From: Candidatus Saccharimonadota bacterium
GTDB taxonomy: Bacteria; Pseudomonadota; Gammaproteobacteria; Enterobacterales; Enterobacteriaceae
DNA length: 32,000 nt
Reading direction: 5' to 3'
Assembly (NCBI GenBank): GCA_041941795.1
Contig: CP145872.1
Span: forward strand, 120,001 to 152,000
This document shows, piece after piece, positions 1-7,825 of this stretch (position 1 is its first letter; each line of letters starts with the position of its first letter). The position numbers and the translations under genes are program-made. The notes below the pieces were generated by a model. The model ran no database searches. It was not told the origin of the DNA and saw only the letters and a program-made list of their open reading frames with translations.

Positions 1-399
1 TTACAAGTGATAGCTAGAAATATCTCCAATCAACGACCCAATCACACGAGATTTATTATTCTCTCTAAAGAAGCGCAGGAAGTAGATAGTGAGACTCCGG
101 CTAAAACTACCCTCTTCTTGTCTCACAAGAAAACCTCAAGATGCTTGATACACCCTCTTCTGATATTACGTCGTCAGAATATTATTAGTCATCTACTATC
201 TCGGTATGCTAATAAGCGATTATGGGAAGATTTCTTTTATCTCGATCTGAAAAATCATTTAACCACACCCATAATGCAACATTATTTAATAAAAATTAAA
301 TATTTTTCCCGTTCCATGAGAATCTTAGGATGTTATCCTCGAGATAAACAAGATGAATGGTTACCTGATAAACTGCCAATTAGGAAGAAAATTCAATAA
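1..399 (+). CDS. pheA: Chorismate mutase/prephenate dehydratase (P-protein), C-terminal part only; the 5' end lies upstream of the window
   Basis: Frame 1 is open from base 1 (L-Q precede the track's GTG at 7). The translation [35 protein letters not shown] is colinear with the C-terminal ACT regulatory domain of E. coli PheA. It is convergent with tyrA, as in E. coli. Stop TAA at 397-399. Confidence 0.9.
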   Translation, partial: LQVIARNISNQRPNHTRFIILSKEAQEVDSETPAKTTLFLSHKKTSRCLIHPLLILRRQNIISHLLSRYANKRLWEDFFYLDLKNHLTTPIMQHYLIKIKYFSRSMRILGCYPRDKQDEWLPDKLPIRKKIQ

Positions 400-1502
400 G
401 GATTGAAACGTAATAAATAACGACTCTCTAGATAACACCTTTGCGCATATATTCCTAACCATTCTTGTACTTTAGTAAATTTTTTTATAAATGATTCTTT
501 ATCTTGGGATTCTAATAATTGAATAATCTCTCCAAAAAGAACATAATAACGTTTAATAAACTTTAAATTCATTGCGGATGACATAATAATATCAGCATAA
601 AGTTTAGGATGTTGTTTAAAAAAACGACCAATCATAATTAATTCTAATTTATACCCTGGGGATGCTATAAGTAGCAATTCTTCAAAATTAGCTTTTTCTT
701 GGTTAAGATGGAGACCAGCTACTAAATATGATAAATGACGCAATGCCTGAATAAAACTCATACTTTGATCATGTTTACTCGCACTTATACAATGTAAACT
801 CATTCCCCATATGGTAAGTTGATCTAAAAACCATTCATAAGATTCGTAATTACGACCATCACACCATATAACAACTTGTTTCACTGGATGATCAGTATCT
901 GGGGAAAACATTGGATGCAAACCGAGAACTGGGCCATGGTGCTTGGCTAACATTCTATCCAATGGGATGACTTTAACTGAAGATAAATCTACCAAAATGC
1001 AATCCTTAGGTAACATTGGTAATTGAGAAGTCACTTGTTCTATCAGTGGGATAGGAACACTGATAATAACCATGACGGCATCAGATAAAATTTTTTCAGC
1101 ATTAGACCAATCATTTCTATCAAAAATTTTAACTTGATAGTTAGATAGTCTTAACATTCTTTCAAAGAACTGACCCATTCTTCCTTTTCCTCCAATAATA
1201 ACTACCGGCCGCGAAGAAAAACTAATTTTTTTGCAGCCTTTACTCAATTCTCGAAGGTAAGATTCACTTATTATCCGACGTAAAATATCTTCAAACAAAT
1301 CAGGAGACACCCCTAAATGTAACGCTTCTTGCCGTCGTGTAGCCAACATAGAAATTTCTCGTTCTGGAACATAAATAGGTAAACCATAAAAATATTTTAT
1401 TTTTCCTATTTCTTCCACTATTTTCATTCTTTTAGCGATAATTTTCAGTAGCTCTGTATCTAATTCATCTATTTTTTTACGTAATCCCTTTAATTCTGTC
1501 AC
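393..1502 (-). CDS. tyrA: Chorismate mutase/prephenate dehydrogenase (T-protein)
   Basis: The 369 aa product is colinear over its full length with E. coli TyrA ([55 protein letters not shown]). It lies downstream of aroF on the same strand, like the E. coli aroF-tyrA operon. Confidence 0.96.
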   Translation of the reverse strand: MTELKGLRKKIDELDTELLKIIAKRMKIVEEIGKIKYFYGLPIYVPEREISMLATRRQEALHLGVSPDLFEDILRRIISESYLRELSKGCKKISFSSRPVVIIGGKGRMGQFFERMLRLSNYQVKIFDRNDWSNAEKILSDAVMVIISVPIPLIEQVTSQLPMLPKDCILVDLSSVKVIPLDRMLAKHHGPVLGLHPMFSPDTDHPVKQVVIWCDGRNYESYEWFLDQLTIWGMSLHCISASKHDQSMSFIQALRHLSYLVAGLHLNQEKANFEELLLIASPGYKLELIMIGRFFKQHPKLYADIIMSSAMNLKFIKRYYVLFGEIIQLLESQDKESFIKKFTKVQEWLGIYAQRCYLESRYLLRFNPY

Positions 1503-1539
1503 AATTATTAAATTCCTTTAAAATTCGTTGAATAAATTA

Positions 1540-2589
1540 CTAATCTAAAATTTGATATAGTTCTATTATTAATTTTTCAGTAGTTTCCCAACTAATACAA
1601 GCATCTGTCACTGATACTCCATAGCGCATTTTAGGTCCATATTTTTCTAAACGTTGATTTCCTGCATGTAAGTTACTTTCTAACATCAGTCCCACAATAG
1701 ATTTATTTCCCCTTTTTCGTTGTATTATAACGGATTTCGCCACGTTGGGTTGTTGATTAAAATCTTTCTGGGAATTATCATGACTGCAATCTACTATAAT
1801 GCTAGTTTTAATACCTGCTTGTTTCATAATTTTTTCACATTTAGCAATAGCAGTAGAATCGAAATTGGGTTTTTTATACCCTCCACGCAATATTAGATGG
1901 CCCTTTTTATTACCCGAAGTATGTAATAAACAAATTTTTCCGGCTTGATTAATACTAATAAATTTATGCGGTTGAGCAGCTGCTATTATGGCATTTATAG
2001 CCGGTTCAATATTACCCTGAGTAGTATTTTTAAATCCTATTGGCATATCTATGCCCGATACCATTTCTCGATGAGGTTGGGACTCTGTAGTTCTTGCTCC
2101 AATAGCCATCCAACTAAATAAATCTCCTAAATATTGCGGAGTATAAAGATTTAACGCTTCTGTAGCTAAGGGTAAATCTTTTTCACTGAGCTTTAATAAT
2201 AACTCACGAGATCTTGCTAATCCAGCTTCGATATTAAAGGTGTTATCAAGATCGGGGTCATTAATGAATCCTTTCCACCCAATAGAAGTACGAGGTTTTT
2301 CCAAGTATACTCGCATGATAATATATAATCTATTTTTTAACTTATCAGCTAGTATTTTGAGAGAGTCTGCATACTCTAAGGCTCCGATAGGATCATGAAT
2401 AGAACAGGGTCCGCATACTAAAATAAAACGTTCATCATCACCATTGATGATATCCGCAATAGTACGACGATGATTTTGTATTTGTTCTTTTATTTTATCA
2501 TTACAACAATACCTTCTTTGAAGTTCCTCCGGAGTTACAAGTGATTCTTCATAACATTTCATGTTGTTTGTGTCTAATTCTGGTTTCAT
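1540..2589 (-). CDS. aroF: 3-deoxy-7-phosphoheptulonate (DAHP) synthase, class I, AroF-like isozyme
   Basis: The 349 aa product carries GPCSIHD, KPRTSIGWKG, IGARTTESQPHRE, GFKN, VDCSHDNS and YGVSVTDACISWE. Its sequence is closest to the E. coli Tyr-sensitive isozyme AroF. It sits immediately upstream of tyrA, as in the aroF-tyrA operon. Confidence 0.9.
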   Translation of the reverse strand: MKPELDTNNMKCYEESLVTPEELQRRYCCNDKIKEQIQNHRRTIADIINGDDERFILVCGPCSIHDPIGALEYADSLKILADKLKNRLYIIMRVYLEKPRTSIGWKGFINDPDLDNTFNIEAGLARSRELLLKLSEKDLPLATEALNLYTPQYLGDLFSWMAIGARTTESQPHREMVSGIDMPIGFKNTTQGNIEPAINAIIAAAQPHKFISINQAGKICLLHTSGNKKGHLILRGGYKKPNFDSTAIAKCEKIMKQAGIKTSIIVDCSHDNSQKDFNQQPNVAKSVIIQRKRGNKSIVGLMLESNLHAGNQRLEKYGPKMRYGVSVTDACISWETTEKLIIELYQILD

Positions 2590-2957
2590 ATCAATTTTCC
2601 CAAAAAAAATAACTTTTTACTTCTTCTTTATAAGATATTGTAAAGATAACTAGAAATTATTTCTGCTTAATTTAATAATTTTATTTAATTAATTAAATTA
2701 CTTCGTAGGTCGAGAAAATTAGTCCAATCTTTCTTAATTAAAGAAGAATAATAGTCTCTAACTAATAATGAGTTTCCTTTTCTAAGAGAACAAAGAATGA
2801 AAAATTTTTTATTTGGAATAAAACTTATTATTTAAATAATGGTAGTTGAGAGGATCTGAAAGTTATTTTATGAAATTTGTAAATAAATAAATGTCACTTT
2901 ATTTTTCTCAGGAGAATAGTTTCTAAACTAATAAGATTGAACAGGATCATTAAGTAG

Positions 2958-3310
2958 TGGAGCTGGCGGGATTCGAACCCGCGTCCGAAACTTCTCCATC
3001 TTTGGTACTACATGTTTAGTAAAGTCTTTTTTATTCGTTTTGTTAAAAGCGGACCTACACGTTCCTAACAAACTAGCCCGTTAATTTAACGTTTTCTCTT
3101 AGGCCAGATTAAACGCGATCTCTTATATCTGAAAAAATATTCCTCTCTAAGAGAATAAGATGAATATCTTCATGCTCGCAGCTATTTATGCTGCTAAAGC
3201 ATATTTATTGTCGTTATTTGCGACTATTTTTTACGGTTTTTTTACGAGGCCTACCGTACCTCGACATGCACCTTAGATTTCAACGGCTTCGTCGATTCCA
3301 AAACAGCCCC
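2958..3310 (-). ncRNA. ssrA: tmRNA (SsrA), about 353 nt
   Basis: The minus strand begins GGGGCTG (3310-3304) and ends GGACGCGGGTTCGAATCCCGCCAGCTCCA (discriminator A at 2958). This is the tRNA-Ala-like acceptor with G3-U and a T-arm. The internal segment AAAAAATAGTC GCA AAT AAC GAC AAT AAA TAT GCT TTA GCA GCA TAA mirrors the E. coli resume region. It lies directly downstream of smpB, as in E. coli. Confidence 0.95.
3186..3221 (-). other. tmRNA tag-peptide reading frame encoding ANNDNKYALAA followed by TAA
   Basis: The resume codon GCA (3221-3219) is preceded by AAAAAAUAGUC, as in E. coli. There are 11 sense codons ending in the canonical YALAA degron, then TAA at 3188-3186. Confidence 0.85.
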
Positions 3311-3348
3311 CTTTAAATATACTCCTATTATACTTTATTTTTCAAGCT

Positions 3349-3822
3349 CTATCTTCGATCCTGTTTCAAAATTCTATTTTTTTTTATAAGCCACTCTCTT
3401 TCTTTAATACTAGCTCGTTTATCATATTTTTTTTTTCCTTTTCCTAATGCAATCTGTAATTTACACCAATTATTTTTCCAGTATAAAGAATATGCTATTA
3501 AAGTATAACCTTGACGTTTTACTTTTCCATTTAAATAAGTGTATTCTTTCTTTTTAAGTAAAAGAGTTCTATTACGGAGGGGGTCTAACATTAAATTAGG
3601 GTTTGAACTAAGCACAGGTTGAAAATGAGCGCTAAATAAATAAGCTTGATTATCATGTAGATACACATAACTACTACTTATATCTACTGTACCTGAGCGC
3701 AAAGATTTGACTTCCCATCCTTGCAGGATTAGACCAGCTTCCAGTATTTCTTCAACAAAATATTCCTTTTTGACCTGGTTATTAACCGTAATAATATTAC
3801 TATTAATTATTTTTTTTTTCAT
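3349..3822 (-). CDS. smpB: SsrA-binding protein SmpB
   Basis: The 157 aa product contains GLILQGWEVKSLR, DPLRNRTLLLKKKE and a basic C-terminal tail typical of SmpB. It is adjacent to and co-oriented with ssrA. Confidence 0.95.
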   Translation of the reverse strand: MKKKIINSNIITVNNQVKKEYFVEEILEAGLILQGWEVKSLRSGTVDISSSYVYLHDNQAYLFSAHFQPVLSSNPNLMLDPLRNRTLLLKKKEYTYLNGKVKRQGYTLIAYSLYWKNNWCKLQIALGKGKKKYDKRASIKEREWLIKKNRILKQDRR

Positions 3823-4559
3823 AAAATGTTAATGGTTAAGTTAGTCCGACTCTCTTAGCTTGTCATATTGATATCTCGGAGTCAATAAACTAAATTAGTT
3901 GTTTATTATCTCTTTTTTCTCTCAGAGAGCATATATATTCACGATATTTATCCAAAACTTTTGGAGGAAAATGATTTTTTTTTGCTTAAGGTAACTATGG
4001 CCACTAATTTTCAAATGACTATTTCCGACATAGGATCGTAAATTAATAGTAATACTAAAATTAGATTGATTGCAAAGATTTCTAGCTAAGAGTAATAATC
4101 ATTATAACTGTTTTTTTTGAGTACAGATAATAATGTGAGCGGATCGTTAACTAAAATCAAAGGGATGATCATCGTTACTAGCACTTTCAACATTTATGTC
4201 ACTGTACCATAATGTAAAAAAGACTTTCATTTATTACTAGGATGAAAGGGGTTGCTTTATTTCTAAAAAGCTCTACTTTTTTTATCATAAAAAGCAGTAA
4301 TCGTTAATAGGAATGAATGCAATATTAGATGGATCGAAGATCCGTGCTCCTCTTACCATATTGGGGTACTAAATCCTTTTTGCTTATTTCTATCTGGCCT
4401 TCAGTAAAATTTAATTTCTGGATCATTTTAGTTCAGCAAATACCTGATTTTGCGCCCATTATTCAAATTATTTTATGAGTTACTAAAGAAAGCGGATGAG
4501 GGTAATAAAATCGTATATTTTTAAATTATTCGCACATTATGTGCAATATAATACCTCAC

Positions 4560-4588
4560 CTTGAAACTATTATTATGATCCCCATAAT
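4560..4588 (+). promoter_or_regulatory. Sigma-32 (RpoH) heat-shock promoter of grpE
   Basis: CTTGAAA (4560-4566), then a 13-nt spacer, then CCCCATAAT (4580-4588). This matches the CTTGAAA-N13/14-CCCCATNT consensus at nearly every position. It lies 44 nt upstream of the grpE ATG; GGAG at 4622-4625 serves as the SD. Confidence 0.7.
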
Positions 4589-4631
4589 AATCTAATCTGG
4601 GAATAAATAATGTGCCCGCGCGGAGAAATTA

Positions 4632-5282
4632 ATGACTAGTGAAGAACACAAATCACCGAAAGAAGATCCAATTATCGAGATTGACTCCAATCTTCCTAGT
4701 AAAAATCAAGAGGAAGAGAATCGAGACGCGTCTAAAGATCTGCTGGAACAAGCTAATCACCAAATTAATTTTATTAAAGATTGTGAGCAACGTATATTAT
4801 CCCTGGAAAATCAGCTGTTGGAATCATCCAAACGTGAGCGTGAAAATTTATTACGAGCACAGGCAGAGTTAGAAAATGTCCGTCGAAGAACCTCGTTAGA
4901 AATCGAAAAAGCACATAAATTTGCACTAGAAAAATTTGTTTTCGAATTATTACCTGTCATTGACAATCTACAACGTGCTCTTGAGTTAGCTGATCCACAT
5001 GCTAATCCTGACTTCAATTCTATGATTGAAGGGATTCAACTTACACTCAAATCACTATTAGATACAGTACATAAATTTGGAGTCAAAGTCATTAGAGATA
5101 CTAATGTTCCTTTTAATCCTGATATTCATCAGGCTATGTCCCTAATAGAAACCGATAAAAATGAAGAACCACTAATATCAAACTGTGTTATGAAAGTTCT
5201 ACAACATGGTTATATGCTGAATGGAAGACTTTTACGTCCTGCTATGGTCTTAGTTTCTAAGACGTCCAAAAAAAATAATTAA
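4632..5282 (+). CDS. grpE: Nucleotide exchange factor GrpE
   Basis: The 216 aa product contains [30 protein letters not shown] and [13 protein letters not shown], as in E. coli GrpE. A GGAG SD lies 6 nt upstream. Confidence 0.95.
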   Translation: MTSEEHKSPKEDPIIEIDSNLPSKNQEEENRDASKDLLEQANHQINFIKDCEQRILSLENQLLESSKRERENLLRAQAELENVRRRTSLEIEKAHKFALEKFVFELLPVIDNLQRALELADPHANPDFNSMIEGIQLTLKSLLDTVHKFGVKVIRDTNVPFNPDIHQAMSLIETDKNEEPLISNCVMKVLQHGYMLNGRLLRPAMVLVSKTSKKNN

Positions 5283-5284
5283 TC

Positions 5285-5941
5285 TCATATATGTGGCGTC
5301 CAGTCAATAGGCTGGATGCCACTTTTAATTAGCCACTGATTTGTTTTCGAAAAATGTCGACAGCCCCAAAAACCCTTATGTGCCGATAAAGGTGATGGAT
5401 GAGGTGCCTGTAATACTAAATGACGATGATGGTTAATCAAAAATCTTTTACTTTGAGCGTGTTTACCCCATAGTAAAAAAACTATTTTTTCACAATATTC
5501 ATTAATTAATGAAATGACTTGATCGGTAAAAATTTCCCAGCCTAAATGAACATGTGAATAGGGTTTACCAGACTCAACCGTCAATATAGTATTTAATAAC
5601 ATAATTCCTTGTTGAACCCAGGTGCCAAGATAGCCATGTTTAGGATACTGAAAATTAATACTATCATTATTTAGTTCTTTATATATGTTTATTAGAGTAG
5701 GGGGAATAGGAACTCCGAGAGAAACCGAAAAAGCTAGTCCATTAGCTTGTGCGGGTCCATGATAAGGATCTTGTCCCAGAATAACTACTTTAATCTTACT
5801 TAACTTAGTTAGACGAAAAATTTTAAAAATATTTTTAGAGTCAGGATAAATAATTTTACCATTAGCACGTTCTTGAGCTAGTGTATTTAAAATTTTAAGA
5901 AAATATGACTTCTTTTTTTCTCTGGAGAGAACCTCTTCCAA
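5285..5941 (-). CDS. ung: Uracil-DNA glycosylase
   Basis: The 218 aa product carries GQDPYHGPAQANGLAFSV, LLNTILTV and HPSPLSA, the family-1 UDG catalytic motifs. The start is TTG at 5941-5939, preceded by GGGAGG with an 8-nt spacer. Confidence 0.93.
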   Translation of the reverse strand: MEEVLSREKKKSYFLKILNTLAQERANGKIIYPDSKNIFKIFRLTKLSKIKVVILGQDPYHGPAQANGLAFSVSLGVPIPPTLINIYKELNNDSINFQYPKHGYLGTWVQQGIMLLNTILTVESGKPYSHVHLGWEIFTDQVISLINEYCEKIVFLLWGKHAQSKRFLINHHRHLVLQAPHPSPLSAHKGFWGCRHFSKTNQWLIKSGIQPIDWTPHI

Positions 5942-6042
5942 GCCCGGAACCTCCCGTACTTAAAAACTGTCTGATCTTATCTGAGAATTTAGTTGAGAGT
6001 GTGTTTTATGCGAGGTATTACTTCTCTGTATAATGACGAAGA

Positions 6043-7668
6043 TTAATTTGCTAATAATTGCATCTTAAGTGGTTTATTTAAAATTTTAGTATGGATAAAA
6101 TGCTGTAAGAGATCCGCTGGCATTTCTTTGGGTAATTCTATGGTAGAATAAACCGGGAATAATTTGATATTCCCAATATAACGACTACTAATGTATCCTT
6201 CGTTAGCAAAAGTACCTACAATATGTCTTACTTCTACCCCATCATCACGTCCTACTTCAATCCGGTATAAGTCCATATTACCAGTTTGTCGAATGTCCTG
6301 AGATCGATTACATTGAGAATAATGATGACCAACAATACTCCTTTCGCCAGCCGGAAGGATAAGAGAGCGCGACCCTTGTTGCGCTATTTTAAGTAAGGCA
6401 GCAGCTAATGTCCAAAGATCTAAAGTAGTTTCAGGTGCCATTTTTTTTAAAAAGTTTCGATAGATCACAATATCACTATTTTCCATTTCATGTTTCACCT
6501 GACTCGTAAATTTAGCCATCCGACGTTCACTAAGCCATTGAGCACTAGGTAAGGATACTTTGGAGATAGAAACCTTGAGAGTGCGTTCAATATTCCGTAA
6601 TAATCTGCGCTCTCTATTTTCTACAAATAGTAATGCTCGCCCTGTCCGTCCAGCTCTTCCTGTTCGTCCAATTCGATGGATGTAAGAATCAACATCTAAA
6701 GGAATATCATAGTTAACGACTAAACTAATACGTTCCACATCTAAACCCCGGGCCGCTACATCCGTAGCAATTAAGACATCTATCTCCCCCTCCTTTAAAC
6801 GTTCTAAAGTACGTTCCCGTAAATTTTGAGTCATATCACCATTCAATGCAGCCGTATTATTATAGCCACTACGTTCTAAATATTCAGCTACTTCTACACT
6901 TGTCGTTTTTGTGCGTACAAAAATAATAGCGGCATCATAATCTTCAGCTTCTAAAAAACAAGTTAAAGCATGAGCTTTATAACCATGTACTAACCAATAA
7001 CTTTGACTAATGTCAGGAGCATGGAATCTATTCGTTTCCAGACGAATTTCATATGGATTTTTCATAAATTTACGCGTAATCTTCCTGATAGCATCTGGCA
7101 TGGTAGCTGAAAATAACGCTATTTGTTTATTTTGAGGTGTATGTTGCATAATAGATTCTACATCTTCTATGAAACCCATACGTAACATTTCATCTGCTTC
7201 ATCTAATACTAAAATATGGAGTTGAGAAATATTTAGGGTACCACGATGGATATGATCTAATAAACGTCCTGGTGTTCCCACTATAATATGTGGTCCCTCG
7301 CGGAGCACACGAAATTGTATTTCATAACGTTGACCTCCATATATAGCAGTAATTATTATGCCCTTCATATACATTGCTAAATCTGAAAAACAATTCGCTA
7401 CTTGAATAGCGAGCTCTCGGGTAGGGGTTAATATCAAACATTGTGGAATTTTTTTACCCAGGTCAATTTTATTCAAAATAGGTAATCCAAAAGCAGCTGT
7501 TTTTCCACTTCCAGTCTGTGCTATTCCCAATACATCTGAACCTTTTAGCAAGTAGGGAATACATTGCACTTGGATAGGAGTAGGATTTTTATATCCTATA
7601 TAATTCAGAGCCTGAACAAGAATATTCTTCAGTCCAAAAAACGCAAACGTTTTTTCTAAATTGTCCAT
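6043..7668 (-). CDS. deaD: DEAD-box ATP-dependent RNA helicase DeaD/CsdA (shortened, no Arg/Gly-rich tail)
   Basis: The 541 aa product has the Q motif plus [27 protein letters not shown] and [10 protein letters not shown]. The DbpA-like C-terminal RNA-binding domain is present ([26 protein letters not shown]). It is colinear with E. coli DeaD and sits next to pnp, as in E. coli minus nlpI. Confidence 0.95.
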   Translation of the reverse strand: MDNLEKTFAFFGLKNILVQALNYIGYKNPTPIQVQCIPYLLKGSDVLGIAQTGSGKTAAFGLPILNKIDLGKKIPQCLILTPTRELAIQVANCFSDLAMYMKGIIITAIYGGQRYEIQFRVLREGPHIIVGTPGRLLDHIHRGTLNISQLHILVLDEADEMLRMGFIEDVESIMQHTPQNKQIALFSATMPDAIRKITRKFMKNPYEIRLETNRFHAPDISQSYWLVHGYKAHALTCFLEAEDYDAAIIFVRTKTTSVEVAEYLERSGYNNTAALNGDMTQNLRERTLERLKEGEIDVLIATDVAARGLDVERISLVVNYDIPLDVDSYIHRIGRTGRAGRTGRALLFVENRERRLLRNIERTLKVSISKVSLPSAQWLSERRMAKFTSQVKHEMENSDIVIYRNFLKKMAPETTLDLWTLAAALLKIAQQGSRSLILPAGERSIVGHHYSQCNRSQDIRQTGNMDLYRIEVGRDDGVEVRHIVGTFANEGYISSRYIGNIKLFPVYSTIELPKEMPADLLQHFIHTKILNKPLKMQLLAN

Positions 7669-7825
7669 TTAGTACATATGCCTCTTGACTGAGATTCGCT
7701 GTAAATTAATTCGTGATTCATTTTTCAATAAAAAAATAAAAGTATTATTTAAGATAATTTTTGATCCTTATTTTCTTGTATTTAAGATAAATCGCGCCCA
7801 ATAGGGTTGTTAATAACATTTTGAC

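Noticed and set aside
2639-2656. TGTAAA-N6-TAGAAA upstream of aroF, resembling a TyrR box (TGTAAA-N6-TTTACA).
   Set aside because: Only one half-site matches; the second half is 3/6. Such A/T-rich hexamers are common in this DNA, and regulators like TyrR are usually absent from genomes this reduced.
2774-2801. About 25-nt stretch TTCCTTTTCTAAGAGAACAAAGAATGAA resembling an internal tmRNA segment (3140-3164, TTCCTCTCTAAGAGAATAAGATGAA). It could hint at a partial ssrA duplication from an integration event.
   Set aside because: Integration scars duplicate the 3' terminal part of ssrA, not an internal pseudoknot region. The similarity is short, gapped and AT-rich, and the flanks do not align.
3948-3956. 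TTATCCAAA, an 8/9 match to the DnaA box TTATCCACA.
   Set aside because: It is a single isolated imperfect box. There is no cluster of boxes, no AT-rich 13-mers, no GATC array and no oriC-type neighbouring genes.
4331-4358. tRNA-like fragment GGATC-GAA-GATCC followed by GTGCTCCTCTTACCA, resembling a T-arm plus acceptor and CCA end.
   Set aside because: The loop is only 3 nt and there is no TTCGAAT-type T-loop. No complementary 5' acceptor strand (GAGGAGC) occurs within 100 nt upstream, and no D or anticodon arm can be drawn. It is probably chance or an unrecognisable relic.
4639-5017. Two ORFs overlapping grpE: 4639-4872 on the same strand in another frame, and 4811-5017 antisense.
   Set aside because: grpE in its own frame is unambiguous. 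The overlapping products are Lys/Ile-rich or Ser/Arg-rich off-frame artefacts without start signals.
7746-7790. 12-bp direct repeat TATTTAAGATAA at 7746-7757 and 7779-7790 upstream of deaD, with a shorter 11-nt match (ATTTAAGATAA) near 17598-17608.
   Set aside because: The motif is almost pure A/T. By rough estimate, the 8-mer core TTAAGATA is expected several times by chance in a window of this composition. There is no associated structure or known binding site.
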